From positions 112,530,001 through 112,594,000 of the forward strand of contig OX597817.1 in assembly GCA_951406725.2 (NCBI GenBank): a stretch of DNA of 64,000 bases, given 5' to 3'. Position 1 is the first letter of the stretch; each line of letters begins with the position of its first letter. This stretch comes from Octopus vulgaris. Lineage: Eukaryota. The notes beneath the pieces are model-generated. The model was given only the letters and a program-made list of their open reading frames with translations. It ran no database searches and was not told the DNA's origin. The translations under genes were made by a program, and so were the position numbers. Of the stretch, positions 14,646 through 27,559 are shown one piece after another.

Positions 14646-16232
14646 AAATTACATTATTGTTTTAATGCTTTTGAGTGTGCTTCTTTCTCGGATATATGAA
14701 CTACTGACAATATATATATATATTATATGCGATGGTTTTTGGTAAGCAGCATCGATTTTTACAATTCTGTAAATAATAATATTATTTTATAAGCTTAAAG
14801 CAATGACTAATGAAGAACCAGTTATTTTCTTAATGACTAATTTAGGCCAAGAAATGCATGGGAGACAACTTAGAGAATTAAAATCAGTTAAAAAAAATCT
14901 AATACCAAAAAGTGACAACTTCAGACATGTTTTGGTATCATTAGACCTCAGCAGCATAGTCTAACGGTTAATGCAGATCTTAGAGAAGCGTGTGTGTGTG
15001 AACGAACACGAACAAAAGTTATCTTTAAAAAAATATGAGGGAATATCCACGGTCGCCTGCTGTATGAAAAGCAAGTAGTAAAGCAATCGCTTACAAAATG
15101 TAGTGAATCAAGAAATAATTAATGTAAAGTTACATCCAAAGTGAGAAAGACAAATCATTAAATTTTGGAGGCTGACTCTTGTTTTTCTTAATTGCTAGTC
15201 ATGGAGAGCAACAAAAATTTTTTTTTAAATAAAAAAAAAACCCTGAAAGAGAGAACCTACAGTGAATAAATTAAAAGGAATTGAGTATATATATGTGTTT
15301 TTCTAATTACTGAGGGGAGAAGAAGAAATACAGATAAGTAACGATAGATAAGAAATACAGATAAGTAACGATAAAGAGGTAAGAGTTGGAGTGTGATTTG
15401 GTTGCTAAGTCTAGCAAATCGAACGATCGTGTAGAAACTCACTCGTTTGCACGCTGAACAAATTTATATAGACGCCTATAGAATAGACATGTAAATAAAT
15501 AACCATAAATGTGGGGAGGGAAATATACACCCACACACACACATAACCAGTATTTATCCTCAAGCTTAATTTAAAACTAAACAATGATAATTATTAAGCC
15601 ATAACTTTTTCGTTTTTTATACCAAATTAGTCCTGACCAAAGATATCTATGATCATAGGCACTGCAGCCATCACCAAACAGCATTTTTTATTAACTCGTG
15701 TTCCCTTTCTTTAGTCGACAGAGTAAGATTAAAGGGACATGTAGCTGCTCTTTCTAGTATGACGAGCGATTACATAGAGGCTCCCTGTATGTCTTCTTTT
15801 TGTTTAGTCCTAGGTACGACTCGATCGATAAGACAAATGATCAAAGACGTTCCAGCCATGACCATCATGTTTTTATATATCAGGGATTTTATCCAATTTG
15901 TCATTCCTTTTTCCAAGGTGAGTGGTATGATTTGAGGGATATTTAGCCGCAATTTCTAGCACTTGGTGGGTCTAGTCTGCAAAGGTAATAATATTCATTG
16001 ATTTTATGAAGACGAGAACGCGTCATTCTTGCATAACAACTCATACACAAGCTCGCAAAAAAAAAGGGGAAAAAAGGAAAACAAAAGTCACTGGCAACAG
16101 CAGTTATTGGTTTGCCATATTAATCAATGTATGTGTTTGTGTGACTAGGAAGCAGACGTGAAAAGTTCCACTCGGCTCATATTCAGCAGATGTTGGGTAC
16201 GACGAATGTGGTGCTAATGAAGGAGAACACAC

Positions 16233-16278
<46 letters not shown>

Positions 16279-17707
16279 CAAGGTGAGTACGAACCAAAGT
16301 GGGAGTCTCTAAGTGGTCGTTCGATCTGCTAGAAATAACAGCCAATTCTAATTTACACACTGCCGTCTAAAAAATGCGACTCATGGCATAATGGTAGTGT
16401 TGTGTTGCGCGATTTGCTAGATATAAAGAGTACATTGGATAGTTTTCCACAATATACTATCCAAAAAACAAGTTTAGATGGTCACGCATAGAATGCATTT
16501 GATCATAGATCTGATTAACTTGAGGGCTAAACAACAAGGTATATATGAACCAATCTAAGTCGCCCTCAAATCACACTCCACTGCCTTAAAAATATATCAG
16601 AGAATGTAGTCTGATATATTTGCAGAAAATGATAGAAAAGGGTCTGCTCGATCTAAAGAACAATTTACAAGGCGAGTGCGGTAGACATTAGACGAAGTAG
16701 TTGTGTAATGTGCTATATTAAGAAAGAAAAAATTAGAAAACATTAAATGCCTGTTGTTTACAGATTTTAACTCTTGGAGAGAGTTTCTTTCTACTTATAG
16801 CAAGAATAATATCAGTTAATTGAAGTTTTCCAACTCACTTTATTACATATCTGAGACTCAAACGTATTTGCGCATGTGTATATGTATGACGCAGTGGTTA
16901 AGAGGGTCGCTTCGTAATTAAGCCACAAGTTCGAACTCACTGCATAGCAACTTGAGCTTTGCGAATAAATTGAAATAGAGAAGCTTTTAGGTTTCAACCC
17001 TTTCTTTCAATTTTAATGAAAATTTCGCAACTTTTTCCATTCTTAATTTCTTTAAAAAATTGTAATTTTCGAAATTGGTATGAAAAACTGCATCTGTGTA
17101 GAAATTTTCAAGAAACTTGGTAGCAGTAGTTCAAATCGAAAAGATCTCCAGAAAGCGGAAAACTGTAAGCTCAGATGGATTGCACCGATGATTCAAAGGG
17201 TCAGCTTTGTCACACTGTTTCTGACTGGAGATAACATGAAGTATCTATGGAATACTTGGTCAGTCACACGCTAATTCAGTGATGATGTAGTTCAGCTGAC
17301 AGAACAACTGATCGTTTATCGTCGAAACCAACGGAGGATCAGTTTACTACAATCACTATGTTACGAAACTTGTTTCAGAAATGTGTGTAAAGAATGAGCG
17401 ATCGTGTATACAATCATTTTCATAAGTATATGTATGTCTGTATGTGTGCGGGTGTTATTTAGCCCCACCCCTTGTCAACCCTAATCGAACAGACCTAAGA
17501 TGAAAGTTATCCCAACCGTGACCATCTAGTCTTATTTTTAGTGCATCTAAAACTACGTTATGTGCCCTTCGCGATTAAAAGTGTAAGGTGTGATTTAAGA
17601 GGATTTGGTTGCTGGTTCTAGCAAGTCTCTCGACCGCGTTGAACTTTCATATATCCTTCATCTGTGTGCAAGCGGTTTAGAAATATTTAGTAAGTATATA
17701 TTTGTGC

Positions 17708-18009
17708 GGTACTACTAGCGAACAGTGGTCCAGGTGCGCGCACTCGCGTAGTCGCGCATCCGCGCTAGCTAGTCGTGACTAGTCGATCCTACACCGACTA
17801 CGTAGCAAAGTAAATAAAACACAAAATCAATAATTTTTTTTTACTCAAAGTAAATAATTTTTGTTAAACAAAGTAAATAAAACTCAAAAACACAAAGTAA
17901 ATAATTTTTTAAACAAAGTAAATAACACAAAAACTCAAACTAAGGATCGACTAGTCATGACTAGCTAGCGCGAATGCGCGCACCGGGACCACTGTTCGCA
18001 AGTAGTACC
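17708..18009. mobile_element. Mutator-like MITE (302 bp) with long TIRs and perfect 9-bp TSD
   Basis: Left end GGTACTACTAGCGAACAGTGGTCCAGGTGCGCGCA...CTAGTCGATCCT is the reverse complement of the right end. TATTTGTGC is duplicated at 17699-17707 and 18010-18018. The core consists of CAAAGTAAATAA subrepeats. Confidence 0.88.
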
Positions 18010-18033
18010 TATTTGTGCATGTATACGTGTGTA

Positions 18034-18077
<44 letters not shown>

Positions 18078-18256
18078 AGTAATCAATTTCAGAAATGTAC
18101 ATAGTTATGTATGCGTGCAGATGTACATTTAAGTGCGTGCTAAATGCGCAAAACTGTCATTGAAATTACATGAACCTGAAAGAAAAGCACGAGATTGGCA
18201 AATTGAACAATTAGGCAAAAACAAACTGAATAAACAAATTCAAGTAGTTACCCTAC

Positions 18257-19678
18257 CTTTCTTTTAGAAACAGGACGGCCTCTTCGAGCCAAGACAGGTG
18301 CGACAGGAGTAGCTGTTTTGGTCATTCTATTGCCACGAGGTTGCGCATTAGTAGTAGATAAAGAAACCTTGTTTTGTAGTTGCTTCTCTCTGCAGGGATG
18401 ACCAAGTTTACTGAGGACAGCTGACTGTTGCCTATTTTCACGACGTCCTTGACAAGAGCCGATGGACGGAGACGACTTGGACGCGTCTGTTACGCCAGCT
18501 GTCGTAACAGTGACACAAGACGACAAAGAAGATTTTAACTTGGAGAGAGCGTCATGAACTAGTTCAGCGCTGCTCGGAAAATGCGATGTTCCAATAGCTT
18601 TTTTGAATTTATTACAGCTAGTGTTGATATCATCACCACCGCCACCTCCATTACAATCCTCAACATCACTACTACTGCTAATTCCATTTTTGTCATTACC
18701 ATTAGCATTGTTGTTGTTGCTATCGGCTTTATAATTGTTGACTATTCGTGCTATTAACGTGTTATTCATATTTTTTCTATGTACAGTCTGTCTCGCGGAA
18801 AGTGTGCAAGAAGAGTGCCTCTCATTACTATTGTTGTCGTTGTTCTTGTTGTTACTGTCATTTTCCGTAAAAGTATCAGTCATAACAGCATCACCAGAGG
18901 AATTATCGTTTATAAGTAATTTTTTATCCCATTCACTTTCCTTCTCATTTTGTGTGTCGGCAAATGCGGTTGTTTCCGTCAACTTATTCTCTTTACATTG
19001 CCAGTTTTCTGTATTCCTCTTCACGTTGGTATTCGTCGTTTTCGACGAAGCCTGTTCTTTTCTTGAATTTCTTCCTATTTGTCTTGTTGACAGTGTTGAA
19101 GTGTAGCAGGGTGATGAAGTTGTCAATATTGTTGCTGTTGTAGTAACATTGACGTTTGTTTTTTTAGTTCCTCTATTACCGGCTTTATTTTCCGAACATT
19201 GATAATTACTTGCAGCTTTATCCAGGTGGCTATCACTACTTGTAGTAGAAGTTGGGTTTAGTTCTTTGGTGTCAACCACATTGACATGAGATCTATTCGA
19301 TGAATTTTTTCGGTTACCAGGACTGACGACACTTTCTGAAACATTCATTACATCGGTAGTAGAAGTTGAATTGTTACTAGGTTGTTGTCCAAGTGCGCGA
19401 ATCTTTTGATTGGATTGGTTTGAATTGTGAACTTGTCCGCCGATATGATTGATTCGCCACTTGGCCGCATTCCTATAACTTGTGCTGCCCTTGTAATCAA
19501 CTTTGAAAACCACTTCACTGTCCACCAATTTTTCTAGGATGGCTTCTGTATCTTCAAAGCTTATCCCATGTTTGCGTTGTAGCATGTTGCTAATGCGATC
19601 TAAATCTGGGCGAGCTTTCCTTTTCCGTAATTGGTCAATTGTCTCCAAAATGACATCTTTAAACTTTATACCCAGCAT
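18257..19678 (-). CDS. SAMD1-like: First coding exon of a SAMD1/atherin-like winged-helix (CpG-binding WH, SAMD1/KAT6 family) chromatin protein; partial, remaining exons not found in window
   Basis: The 476-aa ORF starts ILETIDQLRKRKARPDLDRISNMLQRKHG...LEKLVDSEVVFKVDYKGSTSYRNAAKW, closely resembling the SAMD1 WH domain (ILDTIDSLRSRKARPDLERI...VSYKGSISYRNAAR). A long S/N/T-rich linker and RRGRP follow. A strong phase-0 donor AAG|GTAGGG lies at 18257/18256, just before the ORF stop. Orthology (SAMD1 vs KAT6/KAT7-type) cannot be fixed without the downstream exons. Confidence 0.88.
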
Positions 19679-20446
19679 TTTGCCAGGGTCAGACGCTCGT
19701 TTCTGTGCCAGTTTGAGGGAATCAAAAAGTTTCCTTTACGTCAAAAATCACTGGTCCAACCATTTACCTTCCTAACTCATCATATATGCGTAGGTGAACA
19801 ATGACGGAAGAAGAGAATAAAAACAGTGTTGATTCTGTAAGTCTTTGTATTTTTGAACGACAACAAAGAAATTTCGGGAATCGTACTTAGTTTTGTAATT
19901 TTTTTATCTCCTGAAAGGAATTGAATTCGGCGATCGGACTGTCTGCTTTGTGAATTGGCCTCCGTGAATGTGCTGTTTTCTATAGGCCAGCCTACATGGA
20001 TGTGTATGAAACGCGTGAGAAAGCAAGTGCGAGGGCTGAGTTAAAAAAAAACAACAACTTAAAACTAAAGAAAGAAAAAGATTAGAAATAGAAAATAAGA
20101 TATGTTTAAAATAGCTGCAGAAGAGAAGAAAAAAGACACGAGATATTTGAATAAATGATGGGAAAAAAAACAAGGAAAAGAGTGAAAGACAAAGGTAGTA
20201 TATAAAGTAAAAGCGAACAGTTCGTTGTCAGAGTGTTGGATAGAAAGAGTAAAGAATAATAGACGACGGATAGTGTGGGAGTCGAATGGTATAGTGAAAA
20301 CACCAAGGATAACAGAGTGAAGAAATGAGAGAAGAGGTGAAAAAGTTGTACTGTATAAGGGATAGTGGAGAAGGCGACGACTACAGAGCAACAGAATAGC
20401 CTTAACGTATATAGCGTGAGTGCGGTTGCGCAGACATTACAACTAT

Positions 20447-20462
20447 GTTGCATTCTGGGACC
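20447..20462 (-). promoter_or_regulatory. Candidate ZNF143/STAF-type site in the CpG-enriched promoter region of the SAMD1-like gene
   Basis: Minus strand TCCCAGAATGCAAC resembles the SBS consensus (TCCCAnnATGC). It lies ~770 bp upstream of the ATG, beyond a pyrimidine-rich putative 5'UTR. Confidence 0.3.
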
Positions 20463-21683
20463 CGAACAGAGCGCCTTGTCTGGCTGACAGTCAGTCTCCC
20501 GCCGTGGTTACTTTTTCTTTTTCTTTTTTTATGAAATTCCCACTCGAATTAATGTTGGCGGGCACGTGTAGTTCTTTCATTTATTCTCTCTGTCTAAGAT
20601 AATGTTACGTATCTTTCTTTTTGTTTCATTTCTATCGATTAGTCTTCTACGGAAAAGAAAAAAAGCTTTATGTATTACCTACCATAGTGTAAAATCGCGC
20701 TTGTTACCGATATTGATATCCCAAAAAATAATTTGTGCGTGTGTGTGTATGCGTGTATTAAAAGGAAAAATAAAACAAGCTCTGTGAATAAGGTAACCAG
20801 GTGGTGACATGGTTACTGAATGTGTTGTATATATCCCTCGGTTATTTCTGTTTATTGTTTCGCAGCCAAAACATTTAGGGAGCTTTTTTTTTTGTCCCCT
20901 TAATCCCATGTGTAAAATGATAGGTTGATTCTCATCGGACATGGGTGAGGTACGCTGGGAGACGGCGTTCATCTATTTCTCAGCTCACACAGGAGCGGGT
21001 GCTTTTGCTTGTAACCTTCATAATCCGAACACCATGGACCTTATCCAAAACCAACTTCTGTCATTGAACCTGAACCAATTATAACACGGTCAGACTTGCA
21101 CAATGAAAATAATAAATATGACTACCATAAAAAAAAAACCTTTTATAAAGTTCAAATTAATCTTTCTTTTTGCTTTTGTGATGGAGTTACAGATAATCCA
21201 CCATCCGGTTTACCACCACTTGGACCTTGAGGTGTGAGCATTGGGTCCATTTCACGGATAGAGGGAATAACTTCCTTTCTTCCTTTAATCAGCCTCGGAG
21301 GCCCTGAAAATATTCTGCAGGAATGATGCCCTTCTTCTAATCTTTCTTTTAATTCAGAAAAGAAAAGAATAAAATGTATTAAACGAGCATGAAATTGACG
21401 ATTAACAATTTTTCCATTTACTATAGCAAAAATCGCGTCTTCTCAAGCGTGAAAATTCATTTTACACTTGCATATATTACATATGTAATTATGAAAAGTT
21501 ATATGCTGTGAGCACTAAATTTTCTCTGCCCATGTGCTTGAGAATAAGATATGCATTATTTGTAGGTTATATATACTTGTGACTATGCGAATATTTCAGC
21601 GTAATCTGTGAAGAACTTTCTAAATCAAATTTTGCTTATCTCAACTCTTGTATTTTACTTGAAACTGATAGCGATTATTTATA

Positions 21684-23879
21684 GAAAGCAACCTCGGTTC
21701 TCGACCATAATTTCTTCTGAAAGCCTGTTCTAAAGTCGAATTGTTCGAGAACCGAATTGTTTTATCCCATTACAATTAATGTAAAAGAATTCGTTTCCAA
21801 GCACCAGATGAATGCTTATTTACATGCTTGCACTATAAATTTTGGTATAAAAACATTTATTCAAACTGTAAATAACACAAAAGTGTGTTATTTCTTAGAA
21901 GGTGAGTCCCCTCCCATAAAAACTTCTGGTAACTGTCTTTCGGGGGTTTCTTCCCTTCTCTGTCTCTTTGGCTGAGGTAAATCTTTCTCTGGAGTTTCTT
22001 TTTTTTTTTCCTTTCAGTAAAAACCTGTCCAATGCTAGTTGTTTTTGCCTGCGTTGTAAATTAACGTGCCATTGAAAAGGTTTACAGCTCTATTTGCTAC
22101 CATGGTATCAGGGTGATATTTTTCCACAAAACTTTGCACAGCACCCCATTTAACACAAATTTATTTGATTAAAGAACTTGGGACATTCTCCTTTTCTTCC
22201 TCTTCCTGAGAAGACATTTCTTCAACCAAAGTCTTTTGCTGTTCATTTTGAAGGTGTACGAGCTCTTTGGTGACAACCTCAGAACGGTGGTCTTCCATTA
22301 GCTCTTCAATATCTTCACTGTCGACATCCAAGCCCATAGTTTTTCCCATAGAGACAATATCATCAACAATAGCAATTTCTTCGGAAGCAGCAGTTCTTGT
22401 AGCTGTCTCAAACCCCTCAAAGTCTCGTTCTGGTACAGTCTGGCCAAAGTTTCCTCCTTGCTGAATTCATGGTTCTGTAACTCACTTAGTTCCATGCATT
22501 ATCAATAAGATTAACACAATTCAGAATATTGAAATGATTTTTCCAAAATTCTCTGAGAATTAACTGAGTGTCATTAGTGATTTGAAAGCACTTTCGAAGC
22601 AGAGCTTTTGTGTAAAGTTTCTTAAAGTTTACAATGACCTGTTGACCCATTGGTTGTATTATAGGAGTTGTTAGGTGGCAGGTATTTGACCTGAATAAAA
22701 TCAAGCTCATCAACTAAGTCATCTTCCAAACCTGGAGGGTGAGCGGGAGCATTGTCTAACACGAGAAAGCATTTTAGTGGCAAGCTCTTTCTTTTTTTTC
22801 TTGCAGATATTTTTTAACACTCGGGGCAAAAACTTCATGAATCCACTCAATAAAAAATTGTCTGGTTACCCAAGCCTTTGTACTAGCCCGCCATATAACA
22901 GGCAATTTACTCTTCATAACATTGTTTCTTTTGAAAACCCTCGGACTATCGGAATGGTAAACAAGCAATGGCTTGACCTTGAAATCGCCACTTGCGTTGC
23001 CGCATACCAAAAGAGTGAGTCTATCTTTCATTGACTTGTGCCCTGGCAACGCTTTTCCCTCTTTAGTAATATAGGTCCTATTTGGCATTCGTTTCCAAAA
23101 TAATCCTGCTTTATCCTCATTAAAAACCTGTTGGGGAAGATAACCTCCTTTCTTTATCAAGTCACTAAACACAATCACAAATTTCACAGCCGCCTCGCCA
23201 TGCCTAATTACATTGTGTATTTCACTTTTCTTAAATTTCTCGAACCAGCCTCTTTTTGAATTCAAAAGTATCACTTTCAGCACTTGTACCAGGGTTATTT
23301 TTTACTAGACCATTATAAATTTCAAATGATTTCTCACAAATAAATGCTTCACTGATACTGTCAACTGCAAACTGTTTCTCATTTATAAAAATAAGCAATA
23401 TCTTTTCCACTTCTTCGAGTATCTTTGTTCTTTTTTTATTAATAACATTTACTCCATTTGCAACATCAGCTGCTTTTATCATTTCCTTATTTTTTAGAAT
23501 AGTAGATATTGACGATTTAGGCATACCGTACTGCATAGCATTTTCGTGTTTTGCGATGATTTCTTTCTTTACATCAATTGTTCTTCTCTCAACTTTTCTT
23601 TTTCCTTTACCAGTATCACTGCTAGCTTTCTTTGTAGCCATGGCTACGGGCTAATGAAAAGTAGAAAAAAGGCACAGTACAATAAAATTGGAAAAGAAAA
23701 GCATAGCACAAGAATGTATACAACACGGCAGTCGACTCAGAAATGATTCCGTTCGAGTTAAATCGGTTCGGCAATGTTGTTCGAGAACCGAAATTTTGCT
23801 CGATAACCGAAGCATTTTCATCTCGAATTTTCTTTTCGAAAACCGATTTGTTCGACGTTCGAGAACCGAGGTTGCTCTG
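21684..23879 (-). mobile_element. Full-length Tigger/pogo (Tc1-mariner superfamily) DNA transposon, ~2.2 kb
   Basis: TIRs GAAAGCAACCTCGGTTCTCGA (21684-) and TCGAGAACCGAGGTTGCTCTG (-23879), each flanked by TA. An internal transposase pseudogene is present. Confidence 0.92.
22050..23641 (-). pseudogene. Frameshifted Tigger transposase (TIGD1-like: HTH-psq, CENP-B HTH, DDE_1)
   Basis: ORF pieces in different frames: 23231-23641 (KKEII...YGMPKSSISTILKNKE), 22774-23283 (GWFEKFKK...HGEAA...QQVFNEDKAGLFWKRMPNRTYI...KDRLTLLVCGNASGDFKVKPLLVYHSDSPR), 22486-22713 (TTPIIQPMGQQVIVNFKKLY) and 22161-22349. Confidence 0.9.
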
Positions 23880-24369
23880 TATATTTTTTCTTTTCATGGA
23901 AATTTAAACGTAGCAAAATATTTTCTAGCATTTTACCTTTATGTTTCAGAGATTGCATTGTGACCATGCTCAATCACCGACTTCAAGGGTTTAGTCGAAA
24001 GATCGATCCCAGTACTTATCTTTTTTTAAAGCCTATTACTTATTCTATCGATATCTTTTTGCCGAACCGCTATGTTACAGGGACGTCAACAAACCAACAC
24101 CAGTTGTCAAGTGGTGAGTGGAAAAAACACAGACACACATAAACATATGCAAGGTTGTAGTTTTGATTCCGTGAGAAGGCGATGCATTGTTTTCTTTACC
24201 AAAATACTTTATTTCACGTTGCTCCAGTCCACTCAACTGACAAAAATGAGTAACCCGGACACCGACCCGCATTCCATCGTTCTATCCAGGAGGAAGGGAA
24301 TTACACCACAGAATCCTGGAAATTAGTTTCATGAGCCTATGGCTCGGGACAGACTTTTAATCCTTTTGG

Positions 24370-24448
<79 letters not shown>

Positions 24449-24784
24449 GGAGCAAATAATTCACGAAAAAATAATTTGCAAAGATATTGACTCTGTTATT
24501 TGACTGTTATTTCCAATAGGTAGACATACTTAGTATGTCCTTGGCCCAGTGCTATAATAGAAGACGTTTCTCCAAGGTGCTGCGCAATACGACTGAAACC
24601 CAAACCGCATGGTTCGGAGGCAAGTTTCTCAACCACATAGCCACGCCTGCGCATATCATAGGAATATTTTAGTAGATTGAATTTAACTCCAGGTATGAAG
24701 GAATATCACCTGTTACTTGATACATTGCCTAATTATCAGCAGATTTCTTGATAGATCTTTTCAACTGAGTATTATTCGTCGTAT

Positions 24785-25030
24785 GAAGGCGCGTGGTTTA
24801 TGGTTAGAGTATTCGGATCGTAAGTTTGTGACTTGAATTCCCGACGACGCGTTGTGTCCTTGAGGTAGACACCTTATTTCATGTTGCTCCAGTCCACTCA
24901 GCTGGCAAAAATGAGTAGTACCTGCATTTCAAAGGATCAGCCTTATCACATTCTGTGACACGCTGAATCTCCCTGAGAATTACGTTAAGGGTACACGTAT
25001 CTGTGGAGTGCTCAGCCACTTATACATTGA
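24785..25030 (+). repeat. tRNA-derived SINE with CORE-like domain
   Basis: GGCGCGTGGTTTATGGTTAG...GTGTCCTTGAG...TTTCATGTTGCTCCAGTCCACTCAGCTG. Related copies at ~5680-5912 (-), 24140-24360 (-), 41780-41890, 56740-56860, 62040-62330 (-). Confidence 0.7.
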
Positions 25031-25334
25031 CTTACACATATTTCTGCTTCAGCAACCCAGTTCTGAATCTGTCTGAAATGAAATGAAAAATATATCAGTT
25101 TCAAAATATTGCTGTTCAAGTTACAAAAGCAAAACTTGAAGGAAATAGTAGTCATTTCCTTTGATTTCTAGATAGAAGTAAATAGGAAATAACACTTACT
25201 GGCCAAAAAAATTGTTACACAGTTATTAAGCATATTTTATTATCAATAAGAGGTCGGAAGGCAGTGAAAATAAATAACATTTGCAAGCCTTATGTAACTA
25301 ATATTCATCTTCAAAATTTGCAAGCCGAAAGCTG

Positions 25335-25805
25335 TGTCCCGAAAAAAAGGTAACAGGAAAATAGTCACTGGAAAATAAATGTCAAATTTTTATTTGAATG
25401 CTATAAAAAGTAGAAGTAATAAAACAAAATATATTTAAAATCCTTTATTAACTGTCAGTACATGACTTGTACATAATTTATATATGATGGCATTACACAA
25501 TGTGAAAGTAAAAAAGCAACCTTTTATTCAATTTCTTAAGCTAAGTAAGACTATAAAGCAAAAAAATTTAAGTCAGTCATTTATTGACTATATTGTATAT
25601 GTACAGACTGAAAACATCATACATAATATCGTGGCATTACATGTACATTCAGTATTTTTAATGTTGATAACTAAGATGAATGTTCCAGCCGGCGCCATCA
25701 GGAAACTCCATTACACTTTGTGGTTCTCTCGTCGAGCAACACAAGTTATGAAGGTGCTTTTTTTTTCTTCTGTGACTTTTCCTGTGACTTTCATTCGTAG
25801 ATTCT
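25335..25805. mobile_element. Degenerate non-autonomous Mutator-like element
   Basis: Inverted subterminal motifs GAAAAAAAGGTAACAGGAAAATAGTCAC and TTTTCTTCTGTGACTTTTCCTGTGACTTT. No TSD confirmed. Confidence 0.4.
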
Positions 25806-26373
25806 CGAATTCTGCGGAGGGAATGTAAGAGGGTTTTCAAAGGTTTTTCTGAAAAGGTAAGGTTGGAGAAAGTATTTAGTTTCGAATTTGAAAAGTGATA
25901 CACAATAGGAATGACGAGGAAAGGAGAAATATTCGGTTGATCTTCTGGAATGGGTATGATAGTAAGTTAATTCAGACGAGCAAATGCCACTGCGATAGTG
26001 AGAAGTGAAATCAAACATGTTTGAAAGTTGGTGAGTAAAATGTAGCTAATCAGTTGTACGTTTTGATCAGTTTTGGACATCATATGAAATATTGTGCAGA
26101 TGCATGGAGCAACAGGCAATCAGGACTAAAAGGATAGCTTAATCATGGCAGGTTGGCAATGTGAGGTCTATGAGAGATCACCAGAAAGTCGTAAGGACTA
26201 GTATTTTTTGTTCACTATTTTGAGGGTTTTAATAATGTGTTGCTGTCAAACGTGACCATCCCATCTTTTTGTACATTTTAAATTAATTTGCCCAGTATTT
26301 CCTTCCTTTTCTTAAGATGTGACTAGATGGATATTTAGCTGCCATTCCTAGATGATCGAGAGATCAAGTAATA

Positions 26374-27430
26374 GCAGAGGTCTCAAGGGTGCGACCCGGA
26401 AACTACATTTTTACGGCTCGCAGCAGAGCCACTTTCGAGGCCAATATTTTCCTAAAACTTGGTCATTTGTCTTTCATCCCTTCCATACTTCTGTAGCAGC
26501 ACAACAGCAGCAGCAGTGTTAAGCTTGACCTGCCAACCTAATGCGATATGAAATATTGTATGTGTAACAGCAGTGTCGCATAAATGTGAACAAAACGCCA
26601 ATGTGAATCTTATACGGAAATGGTGAAAAGGGTACAAGTCACTATCATCTCAATCACTGAAGCACCTATTTCCCATAAAACAATTTTGGTGAAAAATAAG
26701 CCAATAAGGTGTATACAATATAATATGAAATATAATCTGTAGAAAAAAAATCATAAATAAATTTAAAATTCCGTAAATGGAGGTATCATGGCCATTTTAA
26801 CACTTTTTAACGAGTATTATGTGATTCCCGCGGAGTCAACGGAAATACCCATATTATACATCAATGTGGTCGTTTATATAGTGACTAAAAAAAATGTAAA
26901 AACGCGTAATTTATTACAAAATTACACTGCCCTTAGAAAGAAAATATGATGCAAAATGGGTTTGATAGACGAAGTGTTAACGTTCTGAACTTGAAACTCG
27001 AAGGCTCAAAACAGGTTATAACAATGATGTATGATAGCGTGATGTCTTTCATCTGTAAACAGCTTGCAGGCAGGGAATTAGCTTACTTCACGGTTTTGCA
27101 GTCATTGTTGTGGGTTGAATCACAACGCTTGAATGAATATGCAGATATAATTGTAAAACTACACTCAGAGTCTGAGCGACATTTTGCGACGATTTATGTT
27201 TGTGGCTACTCCACTCACTATGGATATTGATACTGTTTCTGAGGAAATTCAGATGAAGTTAGTGGACTTGTGTACAATACCATGCTGAAGTAGAAATGTG
27301 CTGTGGACAGTGTTTTTATTACTACCAGTTCCTTCAAAGTGAGAGATTTCCCACTTGTTGGCTTCATCGTTGCAAATTCTAGCCATATTTGGAAATACAT
27401 ACATTTGAGTAGTTTTTCTTTGAGTTACGC
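26374..27430 (+). mobile_element. Decayed hAT transposon (Charlie/SPIN/GTF2IRD2-like)
   Basis: CAGAGGTCTCAA terminus. ORF 26946-27230 NVLNLKLEG...MYDSVMSFICK...YFTVL...YADIIVKLHSESERHF resembles LNxKLQG...FxxRF. A hAT dimerization-like ILAIFGNTYI occurs near 27375-27410. Confidence 0.75.
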
Positions 27431-27559
27431 TCAAGACTGAGTATTGATTGAATTTAAAAATTAACGAAAAAGTTTTGACAAAAGAAGTAACCAATATCAT
27501 AGTTTAAAATTTAAGAATTTCTAAATTTACGAACGCGCGTATGAATGTTAGGAACTTAG

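Noticed and set aside
14916-14960. Possible fifth hammerhead on minus strand (CTGCTGA-GGT...ACC-AAAA-CATG-TC)
   Set aside because: Two core mutations and no stem I complementarity.
18735-19775. Plus-strand ORFs 18735-19106, 18952-19143, 19503-19775
   Set aside because: Antisense shadows of the real minus-strand exon.
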